A stretch of DNA of 54,415 nt from a virus (taxonomy: Duplodnaviria > Caudoviricetes), in the IMG/VR virus record IMGVR_UViG_3300037153_000425, positions 1 through 54,415 of that record; one strand, given 5' to 3'. The notes beneath the pieces are model-generated. The model saw only the letters and a program-made list of their open reading frames with translations, was not told where the DNA came from and did not search any database. Below are positions 53,029 through 54,415 of the stretch, piece after piece; position 1 is the stretch's first letter, and each line of letters begins with the position of its first letter. The position numbers and the translations under genes were made by a program.

Positions 53029-54159
53029 TCATCGGCGGTCGCGGAAGCGGGCGCGGTGCGCGGCGACGGCGCGGGCGCGATCCAACTCCTCGCGGAGCCG
53101 GTCGACGTTGCCGAGATCGTAGGTGCGGAACACGTGCGCCGTCTTGTGGCCCGTCACCTTCATGGCGTCGACCTCCTGCATGCCGCCCGCCCGCAGCGTG
53201 GTCGCGGCGGTCCGCCGAGTATCGTGGAAGACGTAGCCGCCCGCCACCGCCCCCACGGGGAGCTGCGCGGCCGCGCAGGCCGTCGCCCACGCTTTGCGGA
53301 AGTCGCCGAGGCAGCCGTACTTCTTCGACGGTGGCCGCCCGCCGCGGCACCAGCGGCCGTGAAAGAGATACGGGCACCAGGGCCGGGCGGTGGCCATCGC
53401 TTCCTCGACGAGCGTCAAGGAGCGACCGACCAAGGGAAGCACGTGCGGCTCGCGGGCTTTGCATTCGTCCGGCGGCCACGCGATCACGCCGAGCTCCAGG
53501 TCGACGAAGCGGCGTTGCGTGCGGGCGAGCTGCCCCCGGCGGATCCCGTTCTCCAGCGCAAACTCGAAGAAGATGGCGGCATAGGTCGGGAGCTCCTCGA
53601 TCAGGGCGACCGCGTCCCCCGCCGGCACGTAGCGCGCGCGGCGCCGGCGGCGCGTCTCGTCGCGCATGGTGAAGTGCGGAATCGCCGTGAGCCGTCCGAC
53701 GTGGCAGGCGAGTGCGTAGGCGCGCCGGAGGGCGGCGTTGCGGCGGTTGATCGTGGCATTCGCGGCGCCGTGGCGGTGCCAGTCGTCGCCAATTGCCAGG
53801 ATGCGCTCGGGGCGGAGTTCGCTCGGGCGGAGTCGGCCGATCCCGGTGGCGAGCCACGCTTTGATGGACCCGCGCACGCTCACAAGAGAGGCGCGCTCGT
53901 GGCGGGCGTAGTCGGCTTCGAGGTCCTCCAGCAAGCGGCGCACCGTGAGCCGCCCATCGGGCTGTTCCTCGCCGAGGCCGACGGCGGCGAGGCGCTGGGC
54001 GCGGAGCTGTCGGGCCACGCGGAGTTTGGTCGAGCGCGTACTTTCCTGCCGGACGCGCTGGCCGATGCTGTAGTGGATCCAGAGCGTGGGGAGCACGGCG
54101 CCCGTCCGGGGCGAGATGCGCCGGAAGATGCCCGGCTCGACGGCGACGGTGCGTTTCAC
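53029..54159 (-). CDS. int: Tyrosine integrase (variant 2)
   Basis: Same catalytic residues; N-terminal half diverged. Confidence 0.93.
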   Translation of the reverse strand: MKRTVAVEPGIFRRISPRTGAVLPTLWIHYSIGQRVRQESTRSTKLRVARQLRAQRLAAVGLGEEQPDGRLTVRRLLEDLEADYARHERASLVSVRGSIKAWLATGIGRLRPSELRPERILAIGDDWHRHGAANATINRRNAALRRAYALACHVGRLTAIPHFTMRDETRRRRRARYVPAGDAVALIEELPTYAAIFFEFALENGIRRGQLARTQRRFVDLELGVIAWPPDECKAREPHVLPLVGRSLTLVEEAMATARPWCPYLFHGRWCRGGRPPSKKYGCLGDFRKAWATACAAAQLPVGAVAGGYVFHDTRRTAATTLRAGGMQEVDAMKVTGHKTAHVFRTYDLGNVDRLREELDRARAVAAHRARFRDRR

Positions 54160-54415
54160 GGCAGGCCGCCCTGGATCCCCGCGAGCAACTGCCGCTTCCA
54201 CCAAATCACTTTCCCGTTGGGGTACTTGTGATAGCCGGGCAACTCTTGGCCCCGGTGCCGCAAGCGCGATTTCGAGTAGCCGGTGAGCACCATCACCGCG
54301 TCGATCTTGAGCGGCTCGTCGGGCTCGACGGCGTGCACCGGCGGCGGGCTCGGCACGGCCAGCTCGACGCACGTCGCCTTCGCGACCTCACAGTGCCCAA
54401 TCGTCTCGATGGCGT
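54156..54415 (-). CDS. xis: Excisionase-like protein (5'-truncated by window end)
   Basis: Homologue of 18532. Confidence 0.6.
   Translation of the reverse strand, partial: AIETIGHCEVAKATCVELAVPSPPPVHAVEPDEPLKIDAVMVLTGYSKSRLRHRGQELPGYHKYPNGKVIWWKRQLLAGIQGGLP

Larger units (their letters stand above)
1..54415. mobile_element. Temperate podovirus-like phage DNA, about 1.4 genome equivalents from two related variants
   Basis: Integrase, terminase, portal, capsid, short-tail and ejection genes; no tape measure or sheath; gene order repeats with a 37,964-bp offset. Confidence 0.95.
37965..54415 (+). repeat. Diverged direct repeat of 1-18790 (second phage variant)
   Basis: 1-127 identical to 37965-38091; homologous ORFs in the same order with many substitutions and module swaps. 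Confidence 0.95.

Noticed and set aside
1-54415. CRISPR array or rRNA
   Set aside because: No regularly spaced repeat-spacer units; repeats seen are coding (Pro-Ala, Gly-X-Y, Gln-rich)

Overview
The whole window is GC-rich temperate podovirus-like phage DNA with no recognisable host genes. The gene order repeats with a 37,964-bp period (654 vs 38618), but the second pass (37965-54415) is a diverged, mosaic relative of 1-18790, not an identical copy. One full genome equivalent is present: tyrosine integrase/Xis, Cro-like and RHH regulators, ERF plus exonuclease, replication initiator, RuvC-like resolvase, TerS, GH19 lysis cassette, portal, scaffold, N4-gp56-like capsid, adaptor, nozzle, two tail-fibre paralogues, two GNATs and four ejection proteins. 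Two intact attP-like sites lie 36,156 bp apart, each with the 5' half of tRNA-Arg(ACG) flanked by GGTGCAAAG arm repeats. The window is therefore either a tandem polylysogen or an assembly join of two co-occurring phage variants; bases 1-127 exactly match 37965-38091, a k-mer-like signature. Most unusual: (1) the large terminase is split into ATPase and nuclease genes 4.6 kb apart on opposite strands; (2) two GNATs precede two ejection proteins sharing a 20-aa HDSRRYHR...RAYG leader; (3) an HNH gene is nested in a two-frame C5 methyltransferase with the alpha frame left open; (4) the 5'-half tRNA attP interrupts the early operon and refolds into a T-arm-less tRNA mimic; (5) amidase and lysozyme-like cassettes are swapped in an ejection protein; (6) a TTGACR-N18-YACACG promoter motif recurs. 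All family calls come from motif recognition by eye, not database searches.
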